A stretch of DNA of 64,000 nucleotides from Malacoraja senta (lineage: Eukaryota): assembly GCA_038087875.1 (NCBI GenBank), contig JAXLNO010000146.1:806001-870000 (forward strand), given 5' to 3'. The position numbers and the translations under genes were made by a program. Every line of letters begins with the position of its first letter. The stretch's first letter is position 1. Below the pieces are notes generated by a model, which saw only the letters and a list, made by a program, of their open reading frames with translations, did not search any database and had not been told where the DNA came from. This document shows positions 1 to 13,100 of this stretch, piece by piece.

Positions 1-609
1 CTGCTGCACCCGCTGAGTTTCTCCAGCATTTTGTGTACCCTGACAGTAGACAAGATTGCCGCCTGCAGCTCCACAGGGAAATGCCAGCTTCCAATATGGC
101 CGCCTCCGGCTTCACGCTCATTGACTTCAATGGCTGGCTGCCAGTAGCTAAAATGGCGGTGGTGGGGGGGGGGGAAGGGGGAGAGAGAGTGGGAAGGGGG
201 GAACATGACTATTTGGGGAAATGAGAGGAGAATAGACGGTAAAATGGGAGAGAGAGAGAGAGAGAGAATAGGGAGAGAAGGGGTAGAGAGAGGGAGGGGG
301 TGTATGTGTGCGTGTCTGGGGATTATTGCCTCCTCACCAAACCCTCTGCCTCTTCCTCTCCCCTCGTTCCCTCCCACCCTCTCGCTCTCTCCACATCTCC
401 CACTCTCTCTCTCCATCTCGCTCTCGCTCCTCTTTCCCCGGTGGCCATTTTGTTGTCAACCTCCATTGATGGCCAATCTTCAATACCTCCTTAATCTCAC
501 CCCTGGAGCGCTGCTGACCCCGGGTTCTTCCACGGAAAAGAGTCCCGTTGGGAGGGAGGGAGGGATTGAGAGGAAGGGAGGGGTATGGAGGCAGACATGC
601 TGAAGGAGA

Positions 610-963
610 AACATAGAAACATAGAAAATAGGTGCAGGAGGAGGCCATTCGGCCATTCGAGCCTGCACCGCCATTCATTGTGATCATGGCTGATTGTCCC
701 CTATCAATAACCCGTGCCTGCCTTCTCCCCATATCCCTTGACTCCACTAGCCCCTAGAGCTCTATCTACTCTCTCTTAAATCCATCCAGTGATTTGGCCT
801 CCACTGCCCTCTGTGGCAGGGAATTCCATAAATTCACAACTTTTGGGAGAAAAAGTTTTTTCTCACCTCAGTCTTCAATGACCTCCCCTTTATTCTAAGA
901 CTGTGGCCCCTCGTTCTGGAATTGCCCAACATTGGGAACATTTTTCCTGCATCGAGCTTGTCT
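610..963 (-). mobile_element. CR1 LINE 3' fragment
   Basis: CR1 ORF2 end and 3' UTR with (tttctatg)n tail. Confidence 0.85.
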
Positions 964-1534
964 GGGGACACTTACCCTGACGGTACCCATTTTGTTGTCA
1001 ACCTCCATAGTTGGCCAATCTTCCATCCCTCCTTAATCTCACCCCTGGAGCCCTGCTGACCCCGGGTACTTCCCCGGGAGAGCGCCCCGTTGGGAGGGAG
1101 GGAGGGATTAAGAGGAAAGGAGGGCACAGAGGTGGAAATGATGAATGAATTAATAAGTTTATTGGCCAAGTATTCACATACAAGGAATTTGCCTTGGTGC
1201 TCAGCCCGCAAGTGACCACATGACATACAGTGACAGTTAGGAATGACATATAAAACAAAAATAACACATTAGCGATTAAACATGTGAATTAAATAAAATA
1301 CCAAAGCAAAAGGAGGCGACAGATTTTTCATTACTACTCGTGGAAAAAAAGCTATTTTTATGTCTGGCTGTGGCGGCCATGACAGTCCGGAGTCGCCTTC
1401 AAAGGGAAGTGACACAAAGAGAAGACACTTAACCTAACGGTGGCCATTTTGTTATTGACCTCCATTGTTGGCCAATCTTCAGTCCCTCCTTAATCTCACC
1501 CTGGAGCCGTTTAAATCTCATCTCCATTCTATCC

Positions 1535-1786
1535 TTTTTCTCTCTCTCCCCTCTCCCTTCTCTTTCCCCCCTCTCTCTGTCTCTCTCCCCTCACCCCTCT
1601 TTTTTTTCCTCTCTCTCTTTATAAACTAAACTTGTCAGCTAAACTTTAATAAACGTAACTAAAAACAAAGTCTAACTTTCTCCCCTCTCTCTCACCCCCT
1701 CTCCCACTCTCTCTCCCTTTCTCTTTCTCTCCCACTCTCTCCCCCTCTCTCTCCCTCTCTCTCCTCCTCTCTCTCCCCCTCTATCT

Positions 1787-1823
<37 letters not shown>

Positions 1824-2048
1824 CCCCTCTCTCCCCATCCCCTTCTCTCCCCCATCTTTCTCCCCTCTCTCTCCCCCTCTATCTCTTTTCCTCCCTCTCT
1901 CCCTCTCTCTCCCTCCTCTCTCTCTCTCCCCTCTCTCTCTCCCACCCCCCTCTCTTCCCCACCCTCTCCTCTTTATAAACAAAACTTACACCAGCTAAAC
2001 TATAATAAATTAAACTAAAAACTGTCAAACTCTCTCACCCCCCTCTCT

Positions 2049-2092
<44 letters not shown>

Positions 2093-2290
2093 CCCTCTCT
2101 CTCCCTCCCCACCTCTCTCTCTTTATAAACAAAACTTAAGTCAGCTAAACTATAATTATCTAAACTAAAAACTGTCAAACTCTCTCACCCCCTCTCTCAC
2201 CTCTCTCTCACCCCCTCTCTCTCTCTCTCTCTCTCCCCCTCTCTCTCCCCTCGCTCTCTCCCCTTCTCCCTCTCTCCCCTTCTCTCTCAA
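1535..2290. repeat. (CT)n low-complexity tract with three copies of an AT-rich ~55-bp unit
   Basis: ttataaac...cagctaaact recurs near 1619, 1973 and 2123. Confidence 0.85.
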
Positions 2291-2299
2291 AACACTTAC

Positions 2300-2399
2300 G
2301 TTAACAGACACATGAGAAGGTTTTCCACAATGTTTATCGCTAGAGTTCGAACGACTGAATTTTCACACGTGTACATTTGTTCCACTCTGTTGACATTTC
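2300..2399 (-). CDS. Probable internal exon of an unidentified gene: (G)NVNRVEQMYTCENSVVRTLAINIVENLLMCLL(T)
   Basis: Acceptor tgttgatttag| and donor AC|gtaagt, 100 nt, only one frame open (phase 1-2). Unique sequence between repeats. Confidence 0.5.
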
Positions 2400-2431
2400 C
2401 TAAATCAACATAGCGCATTTGCGTTGAGTGT

Positions 2432-4655
2432 AAAAGAAGGAACTGCAGATGCTGGAAAATCGAAGGTACACTAAAATGCTGGAGAAACTCAGCGGGTGCA
2501 GCAGCAGCTATGGAGCGAAGGAAATAGGCAACGTTTTGGGCCGAAACCCTTCTTCAGACAGATAGGGGGTGGGTGAAGAAAGGTAAAAAGGAAAAAAGGC
2601 GGAGGAGGAGCCCGAGGGCTGGGGGATGGGAGGAGACAACCAGAGGGCTGATGAAGGAGAGGGGACAGCAAGGGCTAGCAGAATTGGGAGAATTCAATGT
2701 TCATGCCCCCAGGATGTAGACTGCCCAAGCGGAATATGAGGTGCATTTCCTCCAATTTCCGGTGTTGCTCGCTGTGGCCATGGAGGAGACCCAGGACAGA
2801 GAGGTCAGATACGGAATGGGAGGGGGAGTTGAAGTGCTGAGCCACCGGGAGGTCAGGTTGGTTATTGCGGACCGACCGGAGGTGTTCGGCGAAACGATCG
2901 CCAAGCTTGGTCTCACTGATGTAGATCAGCTGACATCTAGAGCAGCGGATGCAATAGATGAGGTTGGAGGAGATGCAGGTGAACCTCTGTTTCACTTGGA
3001 ACGACTGCTTGGGTCCTTGAATGGAGTCGAGGGGAGGTGAAGGGACAAGTGTTGCATCTCTTGCGGTTGCAAGGGAAAGTACCCGGGAGGAGGTGGTACG
3101 GGAGGGAAGGGAAGAATTGACAAGGGAGTTATGGAGGGAGCGGTCTTTGCGGAAGGCAGACATGGGGTAGATGGGAAGATGTGGCGAGTGGTGGGGTCAC
3201 GTTGGAGGTGGCGAAACTGACGGAGGATAATTTGTTGTATGTGACGGCTGGTGGGGTGAAAGGTGAGGACTAGAGGGACTCTGCCCTTGTGAGTGGGGGG
3301 ATGGGGAGAGAGAGGAGTGTTGCGGGGTATGGCAGAGACCCTGGTGCGAGCCTCATCTATGGTGGAGGAGGGGAACCCCCGTTCCCTGAAGAATGAGGAC
3401 ATTTCGGATGCCCTGGTGTGGAACGACTTATCCTGGGAGCAGATGCGGCGTAGACGGAGGAATTGGGAGTGGGGGATGGAGTCCTTACAGGAAGCAGGGT
3501 GGGAAGAAGTGTAGTCCAGATAGCCATGGGAGTCGGTAGGTTTGTAGTGGATGTCGGTATGAAGTCTATCACCTGCGATGGAGATAGAGAGGTCAAGGTA
3601 TGGTAGGGAAGTGTCGGAAATGGTCCAGGTGTATTTGAGTGCTGGATGGAAGTTGGTGGTGAAATGGATGAAGTCAGTCAGTTGTGTGTGTGTGTGCAGG
3701 ATGTGGCACCAAAACAGTCATCGATGTAGCGGAGGTAGAGGTCGGGGAATGGGCCCTGGTACGTAATGAACAAGGATTGTTCAACGTATCTGACAAAGAG
3801 GCAGGCGTAGCTGGGGCCCATGCGTGTGCCCATAGCTACGCCTCGTATTTGGAGGAAATGGGAGGAGTCAAATGAGAAGTTATGAGGGTAAGGACCAGCT
3901 CCGCTAGGTGGAGGAGGGTGTCAGTGGCCGGGTATAGGTTGTTTCTCTGGTTGAGGAAAAAACGGAGGGCTTCGAGACCATCCTGGTGGGGGATGGAGGT
4001 GTAGAGTGACTGGACGTCCAGGGTGAAGATGAGGGGTGAGAGCCTAGAGAGTGGAATGCGCGGAGATGACAGAGAGGGTCTGAGGTGTCTTGAACAAAGG
4101 TAGGGAAGGATTTAAGGACAAAATTCTTAAGGGGTTGGACAGGCTAGATGCAGGAAGATTATTCCCGATGTTGAGGAACTCCAGAACTAGGGGTCACAGT
4201 TTAAGGATAAGAGGGAAGACTTTTAGGACCGAGATGAGGAAATCATTTTTTACACAGAGAGTGGTGAATCTGTGGAATTCTCTGCCACAGAAGGTAGTTG
4301 AGGCCAGTTCATTGGCTATATTTAAGAGGGAGTTAGATGTGGCCCTTGTGGCTAAAGGGATCAGGGGGTATGGAGAGAAGGCAGGGATGGGATACTGAGT
4401 TGGATGATCAGCCATGATCATATCAAATGGCGGTGCAGGCTTGAAGGGCCGAATGGCCTTCTGCACCTATTTTCTATGTTTCTATGTTAACCAAGGGGGA
4501 TAGGATGGAGTCGAGATAGGTGGAGATGAGTTCGGTGGGGCACGAACAGGCAGAGACAATGTGTCTACCGGGACAGTCAGGTTTGTGGATTTTGGGGAGA
4601 AGGTAAAATCGGGCCCCACGAGGTTGACGATGAGGAACGATGACAGTTCCACTAA
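2432..4655 (-). mobile_element. Penelope-like retroelement (RT plus GIY-YIG), degenerate, interrupted by a CR1 3' fragment
   Basis: NLIYCIRCSRCQLIYISET...RFAEHLRSVR (GIY-YIG) and [15 protein letters not shown]. Frameshifted; terminal repeat at 2432-2560. Confidence 0.9.
4118..4487 (+). mobile_element. CR1 LINE 3' fragment inside Penelope
   Basis: ILKGLDRLDAGRLFP...FFTQRVVNLWNSLP, followed by the CR1 tail. Confidence 0.9.
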
Positions 4656-4834
4656 GGTATGCCATTCGCTTTCTTCACTGCCTGCTGTACCTGCATGCTT
4701 ACTTTCATTGACTGATGAACAAGGACCCCCAGATCCCGTTGTACTTCCACTTTTCCCAACAACGCCATTTAGATAGTAATCATATTTAGTATTTTGTTAC
4801 ATACCCTTTGCATGCAATGTATGCATTGTCATTG

Positions 4835-6758
4835 AAAGAATATAAAGCAGAATAGTATAAGCTTCTTTAGGTATGTGAAGAGAAAAAAATTAGTTAAGAC
4901 CAACCAAAGTTAGACCCTTGAAGACCGAAAAAGGTGAATTCATTATGGGGAACAAAGGAAATGGCAGATGAGTTGAACAGGTACTTTGGATCCATCTTCA
5001 CTAAAGGAGGACAACAATCTTCCTGATATAGTAGTGGCCAGAGGATCTAGGGTGACAGAGGAACTGAAGGAAATCCACATTAGGCAGGACATGGTGTTGG
5101 ATAGACTGATGGGACTGAAGGCTGATAAATCCCCACGGCCTGATGGTCTGCATCCCAGGGTACTTAAGGAAGTGGCTCGAGAAATCGTGGATGCATTGGT
5201 GATAATTTTCCAATGTTCTTTAGGCTCAGGATCAGTTCCTGCGGATTGGAGGGTTGCTAATGTTATCCCACTTTTTAAGAAAGGCGGGAGAAAGAAAACA
5301 GGGAATTATAGACCAGTTAGCCTGACATCAGTGGTGGGGAAGATGCTGGAGTCAATTATTAAAGATGAGATAGCCGAATATTTGGATAACAGTAACAGGA
5401 TCGGTCCGAGTCAGCATGGATTTACGAAGGGGAAATCATGCTTGACAAATCTTCTGGAATTTTTTGAAGATGTAACTAGGAAAATGGACAAGGGAGAGCC
5501 AGTAGATGTAGTGTACCTGCACTTTCAGAAAGCATTTGATAAGGTCCCACTTAGGACATTAGTGTGCAAAATTAGGGCATATGGTATTGGGGGTAGAGTG
5601 CTGACATGGATAGAAAATTGGTTGGCAGACAGGGATTAATGGGGTCCCTTTCAGAATGGCAGGGAGTGACTAGTGGGTTATCACAACTATTTACAATATA
5701 CATCAGTGATTTGGATGAAGGGATTCAAAGTAACATTAGCAAAGTTGCAGATGACACAAAGCTGGGTGGCAGTGTGAATTGCGAGGAGGATGCTGTGAGA
5801 ATGCAGGGTGACTTGGACAGGTTCGGGAGTGAGCAGATGCATGGCAGATGAAGTTTAATGTGGATAAATGTGAGGTTATCCACTTTGGTGGCAAAAACAG
5901 GAAGGCAGATTACTATCTAAATGGAGTCAAGTTGAGTTAAGGGGAAGTACAGCAGGATCTGGGGGTCCTTGTTCATCAGTCTATGAAAGTAAGCATGCAG
6001 TGAAGAAAGGGAATGGCATGTTGGCCTTTAAAACAAGAGTAGTCGAGCATAAGGGCAAAGAGGTCTTTCTGCAGTTGTACAGAGCCATCATGAGACCACA
6101 CCTGGAGTATTGTGTGCAGTTTTGGCCTATTGGCCTTCATAACAAGAGGAATCGAATATAGGACCAAAGAGGTCATTCTGCAGTGGTACAGGGCCCTAGT
6201 GAGACCACACCTGGAGTATTGCGTGCAGTTTTGGTCCCCTAATTTGAGGAAGGACATTCTTGCTATTGAGGGAGTGCAGCGTCGGTTTACAAGGTTAATT
6301 CCGGGTTGGCGGGACTGACATATGTTGAGAGAATCGAGCAGCTGGGCTTGTACACTCTGGAGTTTGGAAGGATGAGAGGGGATCTCATTGAAACATATAA
6401 GATTGTTAAGGGTTTGGACACGCTAGAGGCAGGAAACATGTTCCCGATGTTGGGGGAGTCAGAACTAGGGGCCACAGTTTAAGAATAAGGGGTAAGCCAT
6501 TTAGAACGGAGACGAGGAAACACTTTTTCTCAGAGAGTTGTGAGTCTGTGGAATTCTCTGCCTCAGAGGACGGTGGAGGCCGGTTCTCTGGATGCTTTCA
6601 AGAGAGAGCTCGATAGGGCTCTTAAAGATAGCGGAGTCAGGGGATATGAGGAGAAGGCAGGAACGGGGTACTGATTGGGGATGATCAGCCATGATCACAT
6701 TGAATGGCGGTGCAGGCTGGAAGGGCCGAATGGCCTGCTCCTGCACCTATTGTCTATT
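4835..6758 (+). mobile_element. CR1 LINE, 5'-truncated, degenerate RT
   Basis: LKADKSPRPDGLHPRVLKE...NYRPVSLTS...QHGFTKGKSCLTNL; (attgtct)n tail. Confidence 0.92.
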
Positions 6759-6927
6759 GAAGTCTGTGATTCATGGACATCACCAGTTGCTGTGTGTCTT
6801 CTCTGGTGATGCTATGCCAGGCCTGCATTGCAGCCATCTTTAAGCTGATGCTTGTTTTGGGGCTAGTCCCCTTCACTTTTCTCTTCAGCGTATAAAAGGC
6901 ACATTCCATTGGGTTCAGATCGGGTGA
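6758..6927 (-). mobile_element. Tc1 transposase C-terminal fragment
   Basis: Minus strand reads SPDLNPMECAFYTLKRKVK...AAMQAWHSITREDTQQLVMSM, matching the Tc1 SPDLNPIE motif. Confidence 0.8.
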
Positions 6928-7279
6928 AACAGCTCAAATGTTAAATGCAACGAATGCATCGCGTTGGAATAACTTTGCACCCTCCCGCAAAGTTAAATGC
7001 AGCAAATGCGTTGCATTCAAGTAATATGGCAACCCCCCCACCCTGCTTGGAAGTTCATTGCATTAAATCGCTTTGCACTAATCTTGCAAAACCCCTCAAA
7101 AATGTTAAATGCAACAAATGCATTGCATTGGAATAACTTTGCACCTTCCTGCAATGTTAAATGCAGCAAATGCGTTGCATTAAAGTTATATTACAAATCC
7201 CCCGGGATGTGAAATGTATTAGATTCAGAGCAATATTCTTGCAAAACCCCAGATCAAAGATCTTATACCGGAGCTCCGT

Positions 7280-7475
7280 GTAATACAACTGTGACGTCAT
7301 AGAGGGGACGGCGTGGGCGGGACATCCGGCCCTCTGACTGATCGGACGTCCCCAACCGGGCGATGGGACGGGACTTGCAGATGGCCGGAAGCGGCAGGTG
7401 ATTGGAGGAGAGGGACGTCAGTCAGAGGGAGGGAGAAGGAAACCGCCCCCTTGTTTCTCTCTGGTCCGCGTTGCA
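7280..7475. promoter_or_regulatory. CpG-rich promoter-like element
   Basis: Full CRE TGACGTCA at 7292-7299, GC box at 7315-7321, CCGGAAGC at 7385-7392, inverted CCAAT at 7401-7405. Confidence 0.5.
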
Positions 7476-7774
7476 GACAGGAGTGAGAGAGAGGGAGAAG
7501 GAGAGAGAGAGAGGGTGGAGTGTGGGCTGGGGGGGGAGGAGGGGAGGTGGGGGAGGGAGAGGGAGAAATGAAGAATTGAGTGAAAAATGAAGAATTGAGT
7601 GAAAGAGGGGGAAGGTGGGGAAGGAAGGAGAGATGGAGGGAAAGAGCATGAGGGAAAGGTAGAGGAGAGGAGAAGGGAGGGGGGAGGGGTGAGGAGAGGA
7701 GAGGGCAGAGAGAGAGACAGGAGAGAGAGGAAGAGGGAAAGATAGAGGAGAGAGAGAGAGATAGAGGGGGAGAG

Positions 7775-8228
7775 ATAGAAACATAGAAAATAGGTGCAGG
7801 AGTAGGCCATTCGAGCCAGCACCGCCATTCAATATGATCATGGCTGGTCATCCAACTCGGTATCCTGTACCTGCTTTCTCTCCATACCCCCTGATCCCTT
7901 TAGCCACAAGGGCCACATCTGACTCCCTCTTAAATATAGCCAATGAACTGGCCTCAACTACCTTCTGTGGCAGAGAATTCCACAGATTCACCACTCTCTT
8001 TGTGAAAAATGTTTTCCTCATCACGGTCCTAAAAGATTTCCCTCTTATCCTTAAACTGTGACCCCTTGTTCTGGATGTCCCCAACATCGGGAACAATCTT
8101 CCTGCATCTAGCCTGTCCAACCCCTTAAGAATTTTGTATGTTTCTATAAGATCCCCCCTCAATCTTCTAAATTCTAGCGAGTACAAACCGAGTCTATCCA
8201 GTCTTTCTTCATATGAAAATCCTGACAT
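7775..8228 (-). mobile_element. CR1 LINE 3' fragment
   Basis: SYEERLDRLGLYSLEFRRLRGDLIETYKIL. Confidence 0.9.
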
Positions 8229-8511
8229 AGGAGGGGGAGAGGGAAAGATAGAGAGGAATGGAGAGAGAGAGAGGGATGAATTTTAAAGGAATTGCAGTTT
8301 TCACTTTCGGAGCAGATTTGCAAATTTGACCCCGGCATCTGAAGAAGGATCTCGGCCCGAAACGTTGCCTATTTCCTTCGCTCCACAGATGCTGCCTCAC
8401 CCGCAGAGTTTCTCCAGCATTTGTGTCTACCACCTATTAAATTCAATCGTTAGTTAACTTCAGAGTGGTGGTGTTCGTGCTTGCGCGCGTGGAGGGCGTG
8501 CGTGTGTGTGG

Positions 8512-8808
8512 GCACACAATACTCCAGGTGTGGTCTCACCAGGGCCCTGTACAACTGCAGAAGGACCTCTTTGCTCCTGTACTCAACTCCTCTTGTTATC
8601 AAGGCGAACAGGCCAAAACTGCACACAATACTCCAGGTGTGGTCTCACCAGGGCCCTGTACAACTGCAGAAGGACCTCTTTGCTCCTGTACTCAACTCCT
8701 CTTGTTATGAAGGCGAACAGGTCAAAACTGCACACAATAATGCAGGTGTGGTCTCACTAGGGCTCTGTACAACTGCAGAAGGACCTCTTTGCTCCTATAC
8801 TCAACTCT
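8512..8808 (-). repeat. Tandem ~2.7 x 109 bp repeat of a CR1 ORF2 segment
   Basis: gcacacaat recurs at 8512, 8621 and 8730. Confidence 0.85.
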
Positions 8809-9289
8809 TTCTCTGTTGTCTTTAGTGTCCTTTCCAAATAAAATGAAAACATCTTTTACACTTTGTGGACAACTTGATGTTTGAATTATGTTCAACCAGT
8901 TTAGTCCAGTTTAATTTAGATACAGCGCGGAAACAGGCCCTTCGGCCCACCGAGTCCGTGCCGACCAGCGATAGTCCGTTCACACACTAGTTTAGTTTAG
9001 AGATACAGCACGGAAACAGGCCCTTCCCCACCGAGTCTGTGCCGACCAGCGATCCCCACACACTAACACTATCCTACACACACACACACAGGGGGACAAT
9101 TAACAATCTTTACCAGAAACCAATTAACCTACAAACCCGCACATCTTTGGAGTGTGGGAGGACACGGAGCGCCCGGAGAAAACCCACGCAGGTCACGGGG
9201 AGAGAACGTGCAAACTCCGTACAGACAGTACCCGTGGTCGGGATCGAACTTTCCTCTCCATCCCACCCTCAATACACCAAACAACAACA

Positions 9290-9430
9290 CAAACCCACTC
9301 CGGAAGCAACATTGGGCGTTTCGCCCTCCACCCGGACGCCTGAGACCCACCGTCCCACATTGCCAGCGCCGGTGCGCCGCCCTAAACCGTCCCGTCCCCG
9401 TCCCCTCCGCTCCCGCCGGAAGCGCCTTTG
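9290..9430 (-). promoter_or_regulatory. CpG-rich promoter / first exon candidate (ATG TGG GAC G|gtgggt at 9360-9351)
   Basis: High CpG density, ETS/GABP-type CCGGAAGC at 9300 and 9416, GC boxes. The phase-1 donor is compatible with exon 2399-2300. Confidence 0.5.
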
Positions 9431-12064
9431 TGGACAACAAAGATACTCGAGGACAAAGTGTTGAAGAAGGAACTGCAGATCAAAGATTATATGGCGGATC
9501 CTCATGTATCTTCGCTGCAGATGCTGGAAAATGGAAGGTACACAAATGCTGGAGAAACTCAGCGGGTGCAGCAGCATCTATGGAGCGAAGGAAATAGGCA
9601 ACGTTTCGGGCCCAAACCCTTCTTCAGACTGAAACGTTGCCTATTTCCTCCGCTCCATAGATGCTGGATTTGTGTTGACCTACTAGAGGAGCGGCTTGGT
9701 TGTTATCATAGAAACATAGACAACAGTTGCAGGAGGAGGCCATTCGGCCCTTCGAGCCAGCACCGCCATTCATTGTGATCATTACTGATCGTCCCCAATC
9801 AATAACCCGTGCCTGCCTTCTCATATCCCTTGACTCCACTGCCCCCTAGAGCTCTATCTAACTCTCTCTTAAATCCATCCAGTGATTTGGCCTCCACTGC
9901 CCTCTGTGACAGGGAATTCCACAAATACACAACTCTCTGGGTGAAAAAGTTTGTTGTCACCTCAGTCTTAAATGGCCTCCCCTTTATTCTAAGATGTATG
10001 TATTCTGGGATTCATGTATAGCCTTTCCACTGACTGAATAGCCCACACCAAAAAACCTGTATGTCTTCTTTACCACCTTAAATGTTGCCAATTTCAAGGA
10101 TCCTCGTACTCCAAAGTCCCCATTCCTCAATACTCCGTTGGAATCCACCATTCCCTACGCATTCCCACCGTGAATAGCCCTCACCAAGTACTTCACCTCA
10201 CACTGGTGAGGAATATATTCTATCTTCCATTGTTCTACCCACGGCATGTATGTGCCTTTAAGAAATGTGGCCCGGGCCTCCTCCTTTGCCAGATTGAGGC
10301 TGTACACAACATGGAGGAACAACTAACTACCCAGTGATGTAAACATTGGATTCTCTGAGTTATGGTAACTTCTACATATGCTCCCCTTCCTCCTCTCCTC
10401 CCCCCCCCCTCCACCCTCCCACCCCCTTCTTGCACTAAAAGTCAGTTAACTAGTTCCACAGTTCACAATATATTCCTCAGATTCACACCATCCCTAGCAG
10501 ATAATCAGCCTTTCAGTTAGATATAGCTCTAAGAGCTAACAGAATGAAGGGATATGGGGAGAAAGCAGGAACGGGGTACTGATTCTGGATGATCAGCCAT
10601 GATCATATTGAAAGGAGTAGGCCATATGGCTCAAAGGGCCATATGGCCTACTCCTGCACCTATTTTCTATGTTTCTGTACTGTACTTGCCTGAGGTAATC
10701 TGTTGCCGGTTCTGATTTGTCCTTGTCCTTTCTTGCTTCCAATCCACCACCTCCCACCCACAATCAGTCTGAAGAAGGGTCCTGATCCGAAACTTCACCT
10801 ATCCATATTCTCCAGAGATGCTGCCTGACCCACTGAGTTACTCCAGCACTCTGTGAAATGTCACCTATCCATGTTCTCCAGAGATGCTGCCTGTCCCGCT
10901 GAGTTACTCCAACACTCTGTGAAACGTCACCTATCCATTTTCTCCAGAGATGCTGGCTCACCTGCTGAGTTACTCCAGCACTTTGTGTCTATCATTAAGA
11001 ACCTTTGGTGCGACAGACCCTGGTTCGATCCTGACTACGGGTGCTGTCTCTACGGAGTTCGTATGTTTTCCCCGTGACCGCATGGGTTTTCTCTGGGTGC
11101 TCCGGTTTCCTCCCACATCCCAAAGACATGGAGGTTTGTAGGTTAATTGGCTTCTGTACATTGTCCCTAGTGTGTAGGATGATCATTGGCTGGAGCGGAC
11201 TCGGTGGGCCCAAGGACCTGTTTCCACGCTGTATCACTCAACTAAACTAATTATTTGGTTTTGGAAAGCTTGAAGATGTAAGAGAAAATAAGGTGGAGTA
11301 ATCTCCAAAGTTTAAAAGTTTTAATCTGAGAACCAAGTGAAAATAGAATGGGAACACAGGGAATGTTGATGTTGGAATCTTGCGCAAAACACAAAGTGCT
11401 GGAGTAACTCAGCAGGTCAGGCAGCATCTGTGGAAGGAATGGGAAGGCAAAGTCATTAGAATGGGCATCCAAAGATGTGCAGATTATTGGCTTCTGTAAA
11501 TTGGCCCTAGTGTGTAGGATAGTACTAGTGTACAGGTGATCGCTGGTCGGCATGGGCCGAAGGGCCCATTTCCACGCTGTATCTCTAAAAGCAAAACTAA
11601 ATGGTATATAGCATGACTTTTGCGACGTTTTGCACAGCCACTTTTGATCATTTCAGTGTTCATCAGGATTAAACACTGTTTGGCTAGCAGTTTAGAAGCA
11701 TAATTAGATCACAATATAGGAAGAGTTTACAGACCATACATGAGAAGTTGCACATTCCACGACTAATCATGTTTAAAAGAACATATTAATCAAAATGCTA
11801 AACTGATTTCTGGACTTGTTGTGAATCTCACTTCTCCAATTCATTTGGATCATTAGACTATTTATGGGAAACATCTGTCTAACCAGAACCAGCAAGGAAA
11901 ACAGCTGGATTCATAGCAATGGGCAGCCAGAAATCCTTGCACTCTAATGCAAATCCTACTGAGAATCCTGTAACAGAGAATGCCACTTTGTGTAATTGGA
12001 AAGCTCATTCAAGAGAACTATGTAACAGGTGCAACACCAAGGATTTACAGTTGGATACATTCAG

Positions 12065-12363
12065 GGGATGGCACAGCGGTACGGTTGCTGCCTCACAGCA
12101 CTAGAGACCCAGGTTCGATTCTGACTAAGGGTCCTGTTGGTACGGAGTTTGTACTTTCGGCCCGTGACTGAGTGGGTTTTCTCCGGGGGCTCTGGTTTCC
12201 TCCCACTGTCCAAAGATGTACAAGTTTGTAGCTTAATTGGCTTTGATAAAATAATAAATTGTCCCTAGTGTGTGGGATAGTATTAGTGTGCGGGTAATCA
12301 CTGGTCGGCACGGACTCAGTGGGCTGAAGGGCCTGTTTCTACACCGTATCTCTAATCTAAACT
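12065..12363 (+). mobile_element. tRNA-derived V-SINE (HE1-like)
   Basis: Same head, core and tail. Confidence 0.8.
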
Positions 12364-12849
12364 TTTGTGGCAGCTCCCAAGGGTCGGACCATCCTAACTG
12401 TCAAACCCCTCGGCACGGGAATGGTTCAGTCCAGAGGCGGCCCTTAACCAGAGGTTTAAAGGCAAGGGTTTGGGTGCCATCTTTCACTCGTGGACTTCCC
12501 TACAACCTGGAAGGACATAAATAAAGGTGCCTCCCGAAATACCTGGCTCCTCGCTTTCATTTCGGGACCTACGCACCACACTTTCTGAAATTGTGCCCAA
12601 ATGTCAAATATAATTTGGAAGTTTACCATTGAAACATGACAGATGTTTTACAGATGGCAACAGACTTGAGACCGAAGAAGAGTCTGGAACCAAAATGTCA
12701 CCTATTCTTTTTCTCCAGAGATGTGTCTGACTCGCTGTTCTTTGTGTCTATCTTCAGTGTAAACCAGCATCTGTAGTTCCTTCCTATGTCGTTTAAATGT
12801 TACTGTATCAAATGTTGGTACAAAATGGGGAAAGGAGGTGAAGGTGGTG

Positions 12850-13100
12850 GCACAGATACGACGGCTGGTAGGGTGGAAGGTGAGGACAAGGGGGATTCTG
12901 TCCTTGTTATGAGGAGGGGGATGGGGAGTGAGAGCAGAGCTGCGGGATATAGAGGAGACCCTGGTGAGAGCCTCATCTATAATCGAAGAGGGGAACCCCC
13001 GTTCCCTAAAGAATGAGGACTTCTCCAATGCCCTGGTCTGGAACACCTCATCCTGGGTGCAGATGCGGTGTAGACAGAGGAATTAGGAGTGGGGGAGGAA
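12850..13100 (-). mobile_element. Penelope-like fragment
   Basis: SSFFRERGFPSSIIDEALTRVS...IPLVLTFHPTS. Confidence 0.8.

Noticed and set aside
90..165. YY1-like motifs and the palindrome cattgacttcaatg
   Set aside because: Short, common in fish repeat interiors, and no independent promoter evidence.
205..603. Overlapping short ORFs at the window start and at 7297-7851
   Set aside because: Low-complexity GA/CT tracts and CR1 tails.
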